Below are positions 1 to 9,155 of a DNA stretch of 64,000 nt, piece by piece (within the stretch, counting starts at the first letter, position 1; every line of letters starts with the position of its first letter). The notes below the pieces were generated by a model. The model worked only from the letters and a program-made list of their open reading frames with translations. It had not been told where the DNA came from and ran no database searches. The stretch is from a virus, in the IMG/VR virus record IMGVR_UViG_3300042888_000160, positions 1-64,000 of that record; one strand, 5' to 3'. A program made the translations under genes and the position numbers.

Positions 1-1734
1 ATGATGATCAAGAAGTATCCTTATTTAGAGGAGTCAATCAAGGAGTCTATTCCAATGATTAGAGACAAGAAGATCTTGCCTTCTATGAGAGCACTACAGT
101 TTGCTGGTGCTGCTGCTGAAGTTAACAACGCTCGTATTTACAACTGTTGTTATCTTCCTATTGATAGCTTACATAGCTTTTCTGAATCCATGTTCTTATT
201 GTTAGGTGGTACAGGTGTAGGATATTCTGTACAACGCCATCACGTAGCTGAACTACCAGACATCAAGAAACCAGGTAAAGCTCGTACTTATTTGATTGAA
301 GATTCTATTATGGGATGGGCTGATGCTGTAAAGGTGTTAATGAAAGCTTATCTTGAAGGATCATTCATGCCTAAGTTTGACTATCGTGCAGTTCGTGAGA
401 AAGGTGCGCGTCTAGTTACAGCTGGTGGTAAAGCACCAGGACCAGAGCCATTGAAGTTGTGTCTTACACATGTTCAGGCTATGTTAGATAGAAAAGCTGA
501 AGGCGAGAAGTTGTCCCCACTAGACTGTCATGATATCTTGTGTCACATTGCTAACTCTGTACTTGCAGGTGGTATTCGTCGCTCAGCTATGATCTCTTTA
601 TTTGATCACGATGATGAAGAGATGATTACATGTAAATATGGTAACTGGTGGGAGATTAACGAGCAACGTGGACGTGCTAACAACTCTGCTGTATTAAAGC
701 GTGGAGAAGTAACAGAAGAAGAGTTCTTTGCTTTATGGAAACGTATAGAAGCATCAGGATCAGGAGAACCAGGATTGTATTGGAGTAACAACAAAGACTG
801 GGGAACTAACCCATGTTGTGAGATTGCTCTACGTCCTTACCAGTTCTGTAACTTGTGTGAAGTTAATGTGAGTGATGTAGAAGACCAGTATGATCTTAAC
901 AATCGTGTAGGTGCTGCAGCATTCTTTGGTACATTACAAGCAGGCTTTACAGACTTTCATTACCTACGTCCTATCTGGACTAAGACTACACAGCACGATG
1001 CTCTATTGGGTATTGGTATGACTGGTATTGGATCTGGTGAGATTATGAAGTATGACTTAAAGATGGCAGCACACATTGCTAAGAAAGTTAACCAAATGAT
1101 TTCTGAAAGAACAGGTATCAATGAGGCAGCTCGTATTAGTTGTGTTAAACCTTCAGGTACTACATCATTAGTATTAGGAACAGCATCAGGTATTCACGCA
1201 TGGCATAATGACTATTACTTACGTACAATGCGTTTCAATAAGAATGAAGACATTGCACAATATCTAATGACTAATCATCCAGAGTTAGTTGAGGATGATG
1301 TATTACGCCCACAAGATACCATCTGTGTACGTATTCCTGTTAAGGCGCCAGAAGGTTCTATCCTTCGTACAGAAACTGCTCTTGATACATTAGAGAGAGT
1401 TAAACATTTCTCTACTGATTGGATCAATGCAGGACATGTACATGGTGACAACACTCACAACGTATCAGCTACCATCTCTATCAAGGAAGATGAGTGGAAG
1501 ACTGTAGGTGATTGGATGTGGGAAAATCGTGAATTCTATAATGGTCTATCTGTACTACCTTATTGGGGTGGAACATATCAGCAAGCTCCATTCGAAGACA
1601 TCACTGAAGAGCAATACAATTCACGCATTGGTCAATTGAAAGAGATTGACATCACTAAAATTAAAGAGATAGATGACACAGTTAACTTCAACGAATCAGT
1701 TGCCTGTGGTGGAGGTGCCTGCGAGCTTGTCTAG
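1..1734 (+). CDS. nrdJ: Class II (adenosylcobalamin-dependent) ribonucleotide reductase, probably 5'-truncated by window edge
   Basis: PSMRALQFAG, YNC, GGIRRSA, TNPCCEI, VKPSGT motifs and C-terminal CGGGAC redox pair; no small-subunit gene follows. Confidence 0.9.
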   Translation: MMIKKYPYLEESIKESIPMIRDKKILPSMRALQFAGAAAEVNNARIYNCCYLPIDSLHSFSESMFLLLGGTGVGYSVQRHHVAELPDIKKPGKARTYLIEDSIMGWADAVKVLMKAYLEGSFMPKFDYRAVREKGARLVTAGGKAPGPEPLKLCLTHVQAMLDRKAEGEKLSPLDCHDILCHIANSVLAGGIRRSAMISLFDHDDEEMITCKYGNWWEINEQRGRANNSAVLKRGEVTEEEFFALWKRIEASGSGEPGLYWSNNKDWGTNPCCEIALRPYQFCNLCEVNVSDVEDQYDLNNRVGAAAFFGTLQAGFTDFHYLRPIWTKTTQHDALLGIGMTGIGSGEIMKYDLKMAAHIAKKVNQMISERTGINEAARISCVKPSGTTSLVLGTASGIHAWHNDYYLRTMRFNKNEDIAQYLMTNHPELVEDDVLRPQDTICVRIPVKAPEGSILRTETALDTLERVKHFSTDWINAGHVHGDNTHNVSATISIKEDEWKTVGDWMWENREFYNGLSVLPYWGGTYQQAPFEDITEEQYNSRIGQLKEIDITKIKEIDDTVNFNESVACGGGACELV

Positions 1735-1825
1735 AGAATTCTTAGCAAGTAGAGGTGCCTGTTGTGGCAACAAATGTAAGAACTGTCCCTACACTCCTAA
1801 GTGGATAAAGGGATCTAAAGAGTAG
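1673..1825 (+). CDS. Small Cys-rich protein (DUF5522-like, RGxCCGxxCxxCPY), overlapping the RNR 3' end; not in ORF track
   Basis: Manual translation from ATG 1673: MTQLTSTNQLPVVEVPASLSREFLASRGACCGNKCKNCPYTPKWIKGSKE*. Confidence 0.65.
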   Translation: MTQLTSTNQLPVVEVPASLSREFLASRGACCGNKCKNCPYTPKWIKGSKE

Positions 1826-1851
1826 TATTATTTTAGATTGTGTAATAGTTT

Positions 1852-1891
1852 AAATAGCCTAGATGTTTTGCGTCTAGGCTATTTCTTTTTT
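1852..1891 (+). terminator. Intrinsic terminator
   Basis: AAATAGCCTAGATG-tttt-gCGTCTAGGCTATTT inverted repeat followed by CTTTTTT. Confidence 0.75.
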
Positions 1892-1934
1892 AACAGAAAA
1901 TTTGTAATTTTAATGTAACAAAAAAATAATCGAA

Positions 1935-3002
1935 ATGGCAAAAAAGCAAACAGAAACAGCTTCAGGTAAATCTAAGCTGGAGGACGCATTAGATGCGCTC
2001 AACAAAAAGTATGGTGTTGGTACTATCTTATCATTAGGTGATAAGAACCACAACGAGTATGATCTTATCTCGACAGGATCAATTGCATTTGATCACATCG
2101 CTCTAGGTGTTGGAGGTTTCGTTAAAGGGAAACTTTATGAACTAGTAGGCTGGGAAGGTAGTGGTAAATCTACTATCTGTGGTCACGCTGTGGCTAACTG
2201 TCAGAGTGCAGGTGGTAAGGTTTTGTATATCGATGGCGAGCATGCTGTTGATCCTAATTACTTCACTGCTCTAGGTGTTGATATTGCAAGTATGTTAATT
2301 GCTCAGCCAACTTGTGGCGAGGAGGGTTTTCAAATTGCTATGGATATGATTAACACAGGAGAGATTGATCTTGTTATCATTGACTCAGACTCATCTTTAA
2401 TCCCTAAGAAGGTTTTGGATGGCGAGGTGGGTGATAGTTCTATTGGTCGCAAGGCTAAGCTTAACAGTGATGTCTATCCTAAGCTGAAGGGTATTTTATC
2501 TAAGCATCAGACATGTGTAATTGTTGTATCTCAATATCGTGAGAAGATTGGTGTTATGTTTGGCGATCCTCGTACTACACAAGGTGGTCATGCATTAAAG
2601 TTCTATGCTGACGTTCGTGTAGAGGTTAGTAAGACTCTTGCCAAGGAAGGTACAGAAGCTTATGGTAATATTACTAAGATCAAAACTATCAAGAACAAGA
2701 TGGCCCCTCCTTTCAAGGGTGTAGAGTTTGAGATCTTGTTTGGCGTAGGTATTGATCGTATGCTAGAGATCATGGACATGGCTAGTGACTTAGGTATTCT
2801 ACGTAAGTATGGTAAGACTATCACATACAATGAGATCAAGTATGAGCTCGATGAGTTTAGAACTCTACTAACAGACAATGATGAATTCTTTGATAAGTTG
2901 AAGAAAGATATCACTGATAAAATTAATGACGTAAACGAAATAAACGAAACAGAAAATGAAGATACACTTCAAGAAATTGGATTCGAAGGCACAGAAGCCT
3001 AA
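1935..3002 (+). CDS. recA: RecA recombinase
   Basis: Walker A GWEGSGKST, YIDGEHA, VIIDS, QYREKIGVMFG, GGHALKFYA, KNKMAPPF. Confidence 0.95.
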   Translation: MAKKQTETASGKSKLEDALDALNKKYGVGTILSLGDKNHNEYDLISTGSIAFDHIALGVGGFVKGKLYELVGWEGSGKSTICGHAVANCQSAGGKVLYIDGEHAVDPNYFTALGVDIASMLIAQPTCGEEGFQIAMDMINTGEIDLVIIDSDSSLIPKKVLDGEVGDSSIGRKAKLNSDVYPKLKGILSKHQTCVIVVSQYREKIGVMFGDPRTTQGGHALKFYADVRVEVSKTLAKEGTEAYGNITKIKTIKNKMAPPFKGVEFEILFGVGIDRMLEIMDMASDLGILRKYGKTITYNEIKYELDEFRTLLTDNDEFFDKLKKDITDKINDVNEINETENEDTLQEIGFEGTEA

Positions 3003-3390
3003 GTTTGGTAAGCCAGGAGATGCAGGTGCAGATCTTGTAGCTACATCAGTTGATTTCTCTAGAGACAATAACAATCAAATAGTATATGGTACAGGACTTG
3101 CTGTAGAGATACCAGAAGGAATGGTGGGACTTGTGTTCCCACGTTCCTCTGTACGTAACTACAATTTATCAATGGCTAACTCAGTGGGTGTAATTGATAG
3201 TGGTTATAGAGGTGAGATTATGGTTACATTTAATTTTAACTCTAGAACTCCTGATAATACAATTTATCAAGTAAGTGATCGCATTGCTCAGTTAGTAATC
3301 ATACCTGTACCATTGGCACAGTATGTAGAAGTAGATGAATTATCAGAAACAGAAAGAAACACATCAGGACATGGCTCGACAGGACATTAA
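2956..3390 (+). CDS. dut: dUTPase
   Basis: AGADL, PRSS, GVIDSGYRGE, RIAQL, ERNTSGHGSTG motifs. Confidence 0.95.
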   Translation: MKIHFKKLDSKAQKPKFGKPGDAGADLVATSVDFSRDNNNQIVYGTGLAVEIPEGMVGLVFPRSSVRNYNLSMANSVGVIDSGYRGEIMVTFNFNSRTPDNTIYQVSDRIAQLVIIPVPLAQYVEVDELSETERNTSGHGSTGH

Positions 3391-3820
3391 TCAAATAGAA
3401 GAAGAAATACATCAAGCAAATCAAGCAGAGATGGAACGAAGGAAACAAGCTAGTTATTTTCATAACACTTTAACAGATGAGGAAATGAAAAAACAGTTAG
3501 ACGTAGAACTTACTACTGTATCTTTAACTCCTGAGGAAATTAATGAAAGATTAAAAGAATCTACTTTAAGAGAAGATGATCCTTATGGAGCAAGAAGAGT
3601 GTGGAAAGCAATACACGAAAGAGAAATGGTCAATCATCCTGATCATTACCAAGGTAATAACTTTGAGGTGATTGATATCATAGAAGACTATGAGCTAGGG
3701 TTCTCTTTGGGTAATGCTATCAAGTATATCCTTAGATCAGATAAGAAAGGTGCTAGGAAACAAGACCTGAAGAAAGCTATCTGGTACATCCAACGAGAGA
3801 TTGATCGTGAAGACTTGTAG
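3335..3820 (+). CDS. DUF3310 (T7 gp1.7-like) domain protein; start may be ATG 3371
   Basis: VNHPDHY, GNAIKYILR, DLKKAIWY. Confidence 0.85.
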   Translation: MNYQKQKETHQDMARQDINQIEEEIHQANQAEMERRKQASYFHNTLTDEEMKKQLDVELTTVSLTPEEINERLKESTLREDDPYGARRVWKAIHEREMVNHPDHYQGNNFEVIDIIEDYELGFSLGNAIKYILRSDKKGARKQDLKKAIWYIQREIDREDL

Positions 3821-4217
3821 TGTAGACAACTGTAACAATCCTGTATGGGGAAAGGGCTTATGTGTGAGTCACATCAAACGTAAGCCCATTACCCCAAAGA
3901 AAGGTGGATTGCTGAAAATGAGGCGTGAATTGTTTGTGATTCGAACTAAGACAGAGACCATGAGAAACTTCTTTATGGAGATCTGGAACGAACGCAAGCA
4001 TTACTCAGAAGTGAGTGGTGAGTATTTAGGAAGTGAAGCATTATCAACTTTCTTTCATCATATTCTTCCTAAGAGTAAATATCCTGATGTAGCGTATGAT
4101 AAATCTAATATTATTTTATTAACTTTACCAGAACATGAATCTGTAGAGAATGATATGTACAGATTTGAGGAAGTTAACAGAAGACGTATTGAACTTTTAA
4201 ACAAAATAAACCAATGA
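3801..4217 (+). CDS. HNH/NinG-like nuclease with N-terminal zinc-binding motif
   Basis: CSVDNC...GLCVSH and HHILPKSKYP...NIILL...H. Confidence 0.6.
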   Translation: MIVKTCSVDNCNNPVWGKGLCVSHIKRKPITPKKGGLLKMRRELFVIRTKTETMRNFFMEIWNERKHYSEVSGEYLGSEALSTFFHHILPKSKYPDVAYDKSNIILLTLPEHESVENDMYRFEEVNRRRIELLNKINQ

Positions 4218-4489
4218 CAAACCAATTTTTCTACACTCGTAAAGAGGGTGACAAAGAGTTTACAGACTCTTTTAATGTAAACAAAGTAATTCGCAGCATT
4301 GCGTTTGATGATGAGCTAGTAGTATTACTAGATGATATTCATGAGCGTGTTGAGGAGATTCCTACACACAATCCTAAAAGTGGTAAAGTGGTAGGTGTAC
4401 AACGTAAACGTGACATCTTCCAGTCAGACATTCACTTAAAGGGTGATGATATTGCAAGATTTAAAAAACTAACAAACATTGAATTCTAA
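4214..4489 (+). CDS. Hypothetical protein
   Basis: ORF overlapping both neighbours (ATGA/TAATG coupling). Confidence 0.7.
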   Translation: MTNQFFYTRKEGDKEFTDSFNVNKVIRSIAFDDELVVLLDDIHERVEEIPTHNPKSGKVVGVQRKRDIFQSDIHLKGDDIARFKKLTNIEF

Positions 4490-4776
4490 TGGCAGATTTT
4501 AAAAAACTACGTGGTAATAGATTGTTACTAGACCTTCCTAAGAAAGATGAAGGCAAACTTATTGTGGACGAGAACACAAAAGAAGCTCTTGAAAAAGAGA
4601 TGATGCAGAAGCTTAACAAGCTTACAGTGTATGCTGTGGGTGATCTTGTTACAGACATCAAAGCAGGTGATGACATCTTAGTAGATCCAGCATCTTTAGG
4701 TAAAGCACCAGTGATTCCTATCAATGGAGAGAATAAGCTATTAGTATCACCATTTGATGTTATTTTAGTTTGGTAA
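4489..4776 (+). CDS. GroES-like co-chaperonin
   Basis: LRGNRLLL, VYAVG, IKAGDDILV, 95 aa. Confidence 0.7.
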   Translation: MADFKKLRGNRLLLDLPKKDEGKLIVDENTKEALEKEMMQKLNKLTVYAVGDLVTDIKAGDDILVDPASLGKAPVIPINGENKLLVSPFDVILVW

Positions 4777-4777
4777 T

Positions 4778-5530
4778 ATGGAACTACCTTTCATATCATG
4801 TAAGTGTATAACGTATGGTAGAGTGTCCACGCTTGAGGAGAGTATTGAATCTTTCCTCAAGCAGGACTATCCTGCTGATAAGTGTGAGCTTATAATAGTT
4901 AATGACTACCCCTTACAAACTCTTGTATTTGATCATCCACAAATTAAGATAGTTAACCTAGACAAAACTTTTGATATCATAGGAGAAAAAGAAAACTATG
5001 CAACAGAATTATGTCAAGGAGAAATTATATGTCAGTGGGATGATGATGATGTAGCCCTATCAAATCACTTACAGAATGTAGCTAAGTACATGACTGATGA
5101 TGTAAATATTATTCATTGGGAAGTGGGAGTGTTGTGTCACGTCACAGGAATTGAACATGTTGGTTGGGTGGGAAACTCTGGTATTGTGTTTAGAAAGTCA
5201 GCTTGGAAAGCTATAGGAGGACATCCTCTTGAAAATGCTGGATATGATATGACTTTTATTGAGCGTATTCATGAATATGGAGGAAGACTATTTGCTAATC
5301 CACCTAAGGAAGAAGCTAGTTGGTTCTATATGTGGGGTGGTAGAGGATATCACATGAGTGGTGAAGGTACAGATCATCCTGAAAAACTCAACGCTATACA
5401 AAGGCATAGTGCTCACATAGAAAAAGAGAGACGTAAAGGAGTAATACCTGTAGGAGAAGTTAAACTTAATCCTCATTGGGTTAAAGACTATCCACAAATG
5501 TTAAAAGATTTCATCAATAAAGATAAATAA
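4778..5530 (+). CDS. Glycosyltransferase family 2
   Basis: ITYGR...LEESIESFLKQDY, ELIIVND, QWDDDD. Confidence 0.9.
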   Translation: MELPFISCKCITYGRVSTLEESIESFLKQDYPADKCELIIVNDYPLQTLVFDHPQIKIVNLDKTFDIIGEKENYATELCQGEIICQWDDDDVALSNHLQNVAKYMTDDVNIIHWEVGVLCHVTGIEHVGWVGNSGIVFRKSAWKAIGGHPLENAGYDMTFIERIHEYGGRLFANPPKEEASWFYMWGGRGYHMSGEGTDHPEKLNAIQRHSAHIEKERRKGVIPVGEVKLNPHWVKDYPQMLKDFINKDK

Positions 5531-5531
5531 T

Positions 5532-6089
5532 ATGTCAATTAAAGATACGTTATATGCCATGAGAAGTGGGCATTATAAGAATGGATTAGAAGACTTAATT
5601 AATTATGTAAATACATTTTCTGACACTAAGGAGATGACTATCATTGAGATTGGATCTTATGCTGGAGAGTCAACAGAAATCTTTGCTCAGAACTTTAAAA
5701 GTGTCATAGCTATTGATCCTTTTATGAATGACTATGATCCAAACGATCCTGCTTGCAGCTATATGGACCTTACGAACGTTTATAATACTTTTAGTTCAAC
5801 AACCTCTAAGTATGATAACATAACTCATATCAGAAAAACATCTGACGATGCTGTTGATGAGCTTAAGGATATCAAGGTAGATATAATTTACATTGATGGT
5901 TTACACACCTATGATCAAGTTAAGAAAGACATCAATAACTATAAGGGTTTAATCAAAGAGTCTGGATTTATTAGTGGTCATGATCATCATCCAGTTTGGC
6001 AAGGAGTTATAGATGCCATACATGAAACAATAGGTGAGCCTGATGAAACGTTTCAAGATACTAGCTGGATTATAAAGTTAAATAAATAG
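5532..6089 (+). CDS. Class I SAM-dependent methyltransferase (Methyltransf_24-like)
   Basis: IEIGSYAGES, IYIDGLHTYDQVKKD, GFISGHD. Confidence 0.9.
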   Translation: MSIKDTLYAMRSGHYKNGLEDLINYVNTFSDTKEMTIIEIGSYAGESTEIFAQNFKSVIAIDPFMNDYDPNDPACSYMDLTNVYNTFSSTTSKYDNITHIRKTSDDAVDELKDIKVDIIYIDGLHTYDQVKKDINNYKGLIKESGFISGHDHHPVWQGVIDAIHETIGEPDETFQDTSWIIKLNK

Positions 6090-6091
6090 AC

Positions 6092-6628
6092 ATGTTCTTA
6101 AACATAATAACCCCTTGCTCAAGACCAGAAAACTTAGATGTTGTATCTAAAAGCATCAATATACCTAAAGAACATTATAGGTGGATTGTTGTTTTTGATT
6201 CAGAAACTATTCCAGAAAACATTCCAGAGTGTGAAGCCTATTGCATTAAAGATGTAAATAGTGTATCTGGTTTTGGTCAAAGAAACTTAGCACTTGAGTT
6301 GATAACAGAAGGTTGGGTATATTTACAAGACGATGATACAATTATGCATCCAGACTTATGGGATAACATTAAAGATCTAGATAATGATTTTATATCATTT
6401 GATCAGATTTGGAAAAGTGGTGTACACAGACTGTATGGAAACATAGTTAAATTAAGTTATGTAGATAGTCATAACTTCATTGTGCATACATCATTAATAG
6501 GTGATGAAAAGTTTGTTATAAATAGAAGGGATGCAGATGGTGTGTTTGCTGAGAATTGTTATAACAGAGCAAAGAACAAGCACTACATTAATAAAGTGTT
6601 ATCTACATATAATTCATTACAACCATAA
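6092..6628 (+). CDS. GT-A fold (GT2-like) glycosyltransferase
   Basis: IITPCSRPENL, QRNLAL, YLQDDD, ADG. Confidence 0.8.
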   Translation: MFLNIITPCSRPENLDVVSKSINIPKEHYRWIVVFDSETIPENIPECEAYCIKDVNSVSGFGQRNLALELITEGWVYLQDDDTIMHPDLWDNIKDLDNDFISFDQIWKSGVHRLYGNIVKLSYVDSHNFIVHTSLIGDEKFVINRRDADGVFAENCYNRAKNKHYINKVLSTYNSLQP

Positions 6629-6631
6629 AAG

Positions 6632-6658
6632 AAAAAGGAGGCCAATGGTCTCCTTTTT
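6632..6658. terminator. Bidirectional intrinsic terminator between convergent gene blocks
   Basis: AAAAAGGAGGCC-aat-GGTCTCCTTTTT, A-run on left and T-run on right. Confidence 0.8.
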
Positions 6659-6700
6659 ACTTGCATGAATAATCACAAAATAGAATCGAAATGAACAAAA

Positions 6701-6871
6701 TTATTTTGAAAGTCTTTTTTGTTTCAAAGGCCACATCTTACTCTTAAGACGTAATGGTGTATCAGCCTCCCTCATGTAATTACCATCAACTGGTTTAGGA
6801 GGTGCCACCTTAGGGGCCTTTGCAGGTTTGTGCATTTTTAGCACAGGCTTTGTTTTCTTACTTGCAGCCAT
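6701..6871 (-). CDS. Small basic protein (56 aa), not in ORF track
   Basis: MAASKKTKPVLKMHKPAKAPKVAPPKPVDGNYMREADTPLRLKSKMWPLKQKRLSK*. Confidence 0.65.
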   Translation of the reverse strand: MAASKKTKPVLKMHKPAKAPKVAPPKPVDGNYMREADTPLRLKSKMWPLKQKRLSK

Positions 6872-7175
6872 ATTTACATTTTTTCATAGCTCCACCTTTT
6901 TTCATCATAGGAGCATCCATCATACTTGCACCCATCATTGCCTTCTTCATCTTAGCTCCTGACTTAGCTTTGCCTTTAGTAGCACCAGCAATTTTATCAG
7001 CATATGTAGCTTTATCAAAAGGAGGAGCAAGTTTAGCAAATGCACTACCATCTTTAGCTTTTTTCATAGTACCACCCATTTTCATAGTTTTCTTAGGGAT
7101 AGAAATCTTATTCTTAGAAGGAATAGTAAACTTGTTTGACTCAGCTGAACCACCCATTTGCATTTTCTTTTTCAT
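6858..7175 (-). CDS. Small Lys/Met-rich protein with repeated xxxG(G) motifs
   Basis: MQMGG, MKMGG, AKDG, AKSG, AMMG, MKKGG, CKYG. Confidence 0.8.
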   Translation of the reverse strand: MKKKMQMGGSAESNKFTIPSKNKISIPKKTMKMGGTMKKAKDGSAFAKLAPPFDKATYADKIAGATKGKAKSGAKMKKAMMGASMMDAPMMKKGGAMKKCKYGCK

Positions 7176-7176
7176 A

Positions 7177-7752
7177 TTATTTCTTTTTAGACATTTTTTT
7201 CATCATCATTTTAGGTGCTACTTTACCACCATTTTTTTTGTATCCCTTTTCTTCTTTTCTTGTTTTAATAGCATTAGATGCTGATTTTATAGCATTACCA
7301 GCTACAGATGCAGCTGCAGCAACAGGAGCCATGACACCTCTTGCAACTGTGCTTGCTACTTTATTAGCACCACGAAGAACTTTACCAGCAGTAGTTTTAG
7401 CTGGGGTATTTTGATAATCAGTAGAGTCAGTACTCATTGCTCTCTTCATATCGTTTTTAACATTTGCTTTAAAAGTTGGTCTTACTTTAACCTCTGATGT
7501 CATACCTCTTTCTACAGTTTCACCATTTTTAGCTTTTTTAAGTTTAGAACCATTCTTAGACATACCTTTAGGATCGTATTCACGAGGTCCAATAGAAGGT
7601 CCATTCATATTAACACCACCACCTTTAACAGGTTTGAAACGTTTGTCATAACTCTTTGGCATAAAGTCTGCTGGAGTTTGTTTACCTGATTTAGGTAAAA
7701 GCTTAGAATCGTATTGATCAGCTTTAGATTTAGCTTTAGGTTTAATTGCCAT
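7177..7752 (-). CDS. Lys-rich protein with KNG(G) motifs
   Basis: SKNG, AKNG, KKNGG; tightly packed with neighbours. Confidence 0.8.
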   Translation of the reverse strand: MAIKPKAKSKADQYDSKLLPKSGKQTPADFMPKSYDKRFKPVKGGGVNMNGPSIGPREYDPKGMSKNGSKLKKAKNGETVERGMTSEVKVRPTFKANVKNDMKRAMSTDSTDYQNTPAKTTAGKVLRGANKVASTVARGVMAPVAAAASVAGNAIKSASNAIKTRKEEKGYKKNGGKVAPKMMMKKMSKKK

Positions 7753-7756
7753 TATA

Positions 7757-7909
7757 TTATTTCTTTTTAGTTTGAGCTTTAATTTTCTTTTCCTGCTTTA
7801 GCATTGCTGAAGTTGGCTTCTTTCCACTTCCTGCTTTGGCACGAATATTGTCCCATAAACCACGCTGAGAGGTAGAACCATCAGCACGTTTAATCATTTG
7901 TTTTGCCAT
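7757..7909 (-). CDS. Small basic protein (50 aa), not in ORF track
   Basis: MAKQMIKRADGSTSQRGLWDNIRAKAGSGKKPTSAMLKQEKKIKAQTKKK*; fills the gap almost exactly. Confidence 0.75.
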   Translation of the reverse strand: MAKQMIKRADGSTSQRGLWDNIRAKAGSGKKPTSAMLKQEKKIKAQTKKK

Positions 7910-7910
7910 C

Positions 7911-8165
7911 TTAACACTTCCACTTTCGTAGAGATTTATTGATACGAGAATTAGGATCGTTTGCTGTCTTAGCAGACGTTAGTTTCTTCTTCATGCCTGA
8001 CATCCTAGCACAGAATGATTTCTTGCGAGGACCACCTTCAGGTTGTGGAGCTTTAAGACCAGGCTTACCTGGATTAGCTCTGTTGTAGGAAGCCCTACCC
8101 TTTGCATTTAGGCCACCAGAAGGATTCTTACCTTCCTTACGTTGCCAAGCTTCGCTCTTTGCCAT
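7911..8165 (-). CDS. Small basic phage protein (DUF6321-like)
   Basis: AWQRKEGKNPSGGLNAKGRAS...RKKSFCARM...SLRKWKC. Confidence 0.8.
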   Translation of the reverse strand: MAKSEAWQRKEGKNPSGGLNAKGRASYNRANPGKPGLKAPQPEGGPRKKSFCARMSGMKKKLTSAKTANDPNSRINKSLRKWKC

Positions 8166-8293
8166 TACTTTTTCTTAAGAGGTTGAACTTTGGATAGATT
8201 TTTCTTAATCTTATCCATAAAAAGCTTTTGTTTTTTAGGCTTCATGGTTTTCTTAATCTTGCTGAAAGCATCTAGTTTAGCAGTCTTTCTCAT
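8165..8293 (-). CDS. Small basic protein (42 aa), not in ORF track
   Basis: MRKTAKLDAFSKIKKTMKPKKQKLFMDKIKKNLSKVQPLKKK*; TAATG coupling at both ends. Confidence 0.7.
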   Translation of the reverse strand: MRKTAKLDAFSKIKKTMKPKKQKLFMDKIKKNLSKVQPLKKK

Positions 8294-8616
8294 TATTTCT
8301 TAACGCAGTTATTAACTGTTTTACCACCTTTCTTCTTAGTACCTTTCTTGACATAGCCAGTCCAGCAGCTTATCTTACCACCATTCTTTAATGATGTACC
8401 ATCCTTCTTAATAAGATGACCATTAGGTACAGGTGTTATAGCTCCTTTAATTGCTGGAATGCTATCACCATTTCTAAGAACACCCTTTCCTACGTAAGCT
8501 GTAGCCTTCTGTGGATTCTTAACTCCATTACCTTTAGTGACATTCTCAGGCTTAGAATTGCGTAAACCAGCTCTAAGACCAGACTTCACCATAGATTTTA
8601 GTGATGACTTAGCCAT
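8293..8616 (-). CDS. Small basic protein with C-terminal CWxGY...NCV motif
   Basis: LRNG, KKDG, LKNGG then SCWTGYVKKGTKKKGGKTVNNCVKK. Confidence 0.8.
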   Translation of the reverse strand: MAKSSLKSMVKSGLRAGLRNSKPENVTKGNGVKNPQKATAYVGKGVLRNGDSIPAIKGAITPVPNGHLIKKDGTSLKNGGKISCWTGYVKKGTKKKGGKTVNNCVKK

Positions 8617-8771
8617 TATTTCTTCTTACGTTTAGCAGCCATCTTCTTGAATGTCTTAGCAAGAGCTTTAGCTCTACCTGTACATCCAGGCTTAGTGATG
8701 GGAGTGCATTTGCCCTCTGTACCTCTACGCTTGATTGAGGCTGTTGCCTTCTGGATCCATTGCTTTGCCAT
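8616..8771 (-). CDS. Small basic protein (51 aa), not in ORF track
   Basis: MAKQWIQKATASIKRRGTEGKCTPITKPGCTGRAKALAKTFKKMAAKRKKK*. Confidence 0.75.
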   Translation of the reverse strand: MAKQWIQKATASIKRRGTEGKCTPITKPGCTGRAKALAKTFKKMAAKRKKK

Positions 8772-8958
8772 ACCTTCTAAATGTTAAATTAGGTTTCACC
8801 CTAATATCTTTATGAATGAATTGCCAGAGCTCCCCTGTGGCATTAATGATAACTGTATACGTTGTATCAGTCTCGTGACCATATTCTGTAACAAGCCAGA
8901 TGACTCCATCACCTTTAGGTGTAGATACATCTATTCTGTTAGCAGGTTCAAAGATCAT
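8725..8958 (-). CDS. Hypothetical phage protein
   Basis: TPKGDG...YGHETD...TGELWQF; coupled to upstream gene. Confidence 0.7.
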   Translation of the reverse strand: MIFEPANRIDVSTPKGDGVIWLVTEYGHETDTTYTVIINATGELWQFIHKDIRVKPNLTFRRYGKAMDPEGNSLNQA

Positions 8959-9155
8959 TACTTCTTCTTCTTAGCACCCATCTTGGTAGCACCAAGTTGC
9001 TTGTCTTTTTTCAATACAGGCTTACCACTTTTTGTACCAGCTAATGTACGCTCTTGTACTTTAGTCCATGCACCTTTAGGGTCTACAGGTCCTTGACGTT
9101 TAGGTTGAGAACCTACACCTGCAGATAACTCACCCATCTTTTTCATTTTTGCCAT
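8958..9155 (-). CDS. Small basic protein
   Basis: Lys-rich 65 aa; TAATG coupling at both ends. Confidence 0.75.
   Translation of the reverse strand: MAKMKKMGELSAGVGSQPKRQGPVDPKGAWTKVQERTLAGTKSGKPVLKKDKQLGATKMGAKKKK

Noticed and set aside
1-3002. Intein or group I intron in RNR or RecA
   Set aside because: Both are continuous, with normal motif spacing and no splice motifs visible.
6820-7414. Hydrophobic + strand ORFs 6820..7284 and 7136..7414
   Set aside because: Antisense to Lys-rich genes (AAA reads as TTT, Phe) and located beyond the terminator.
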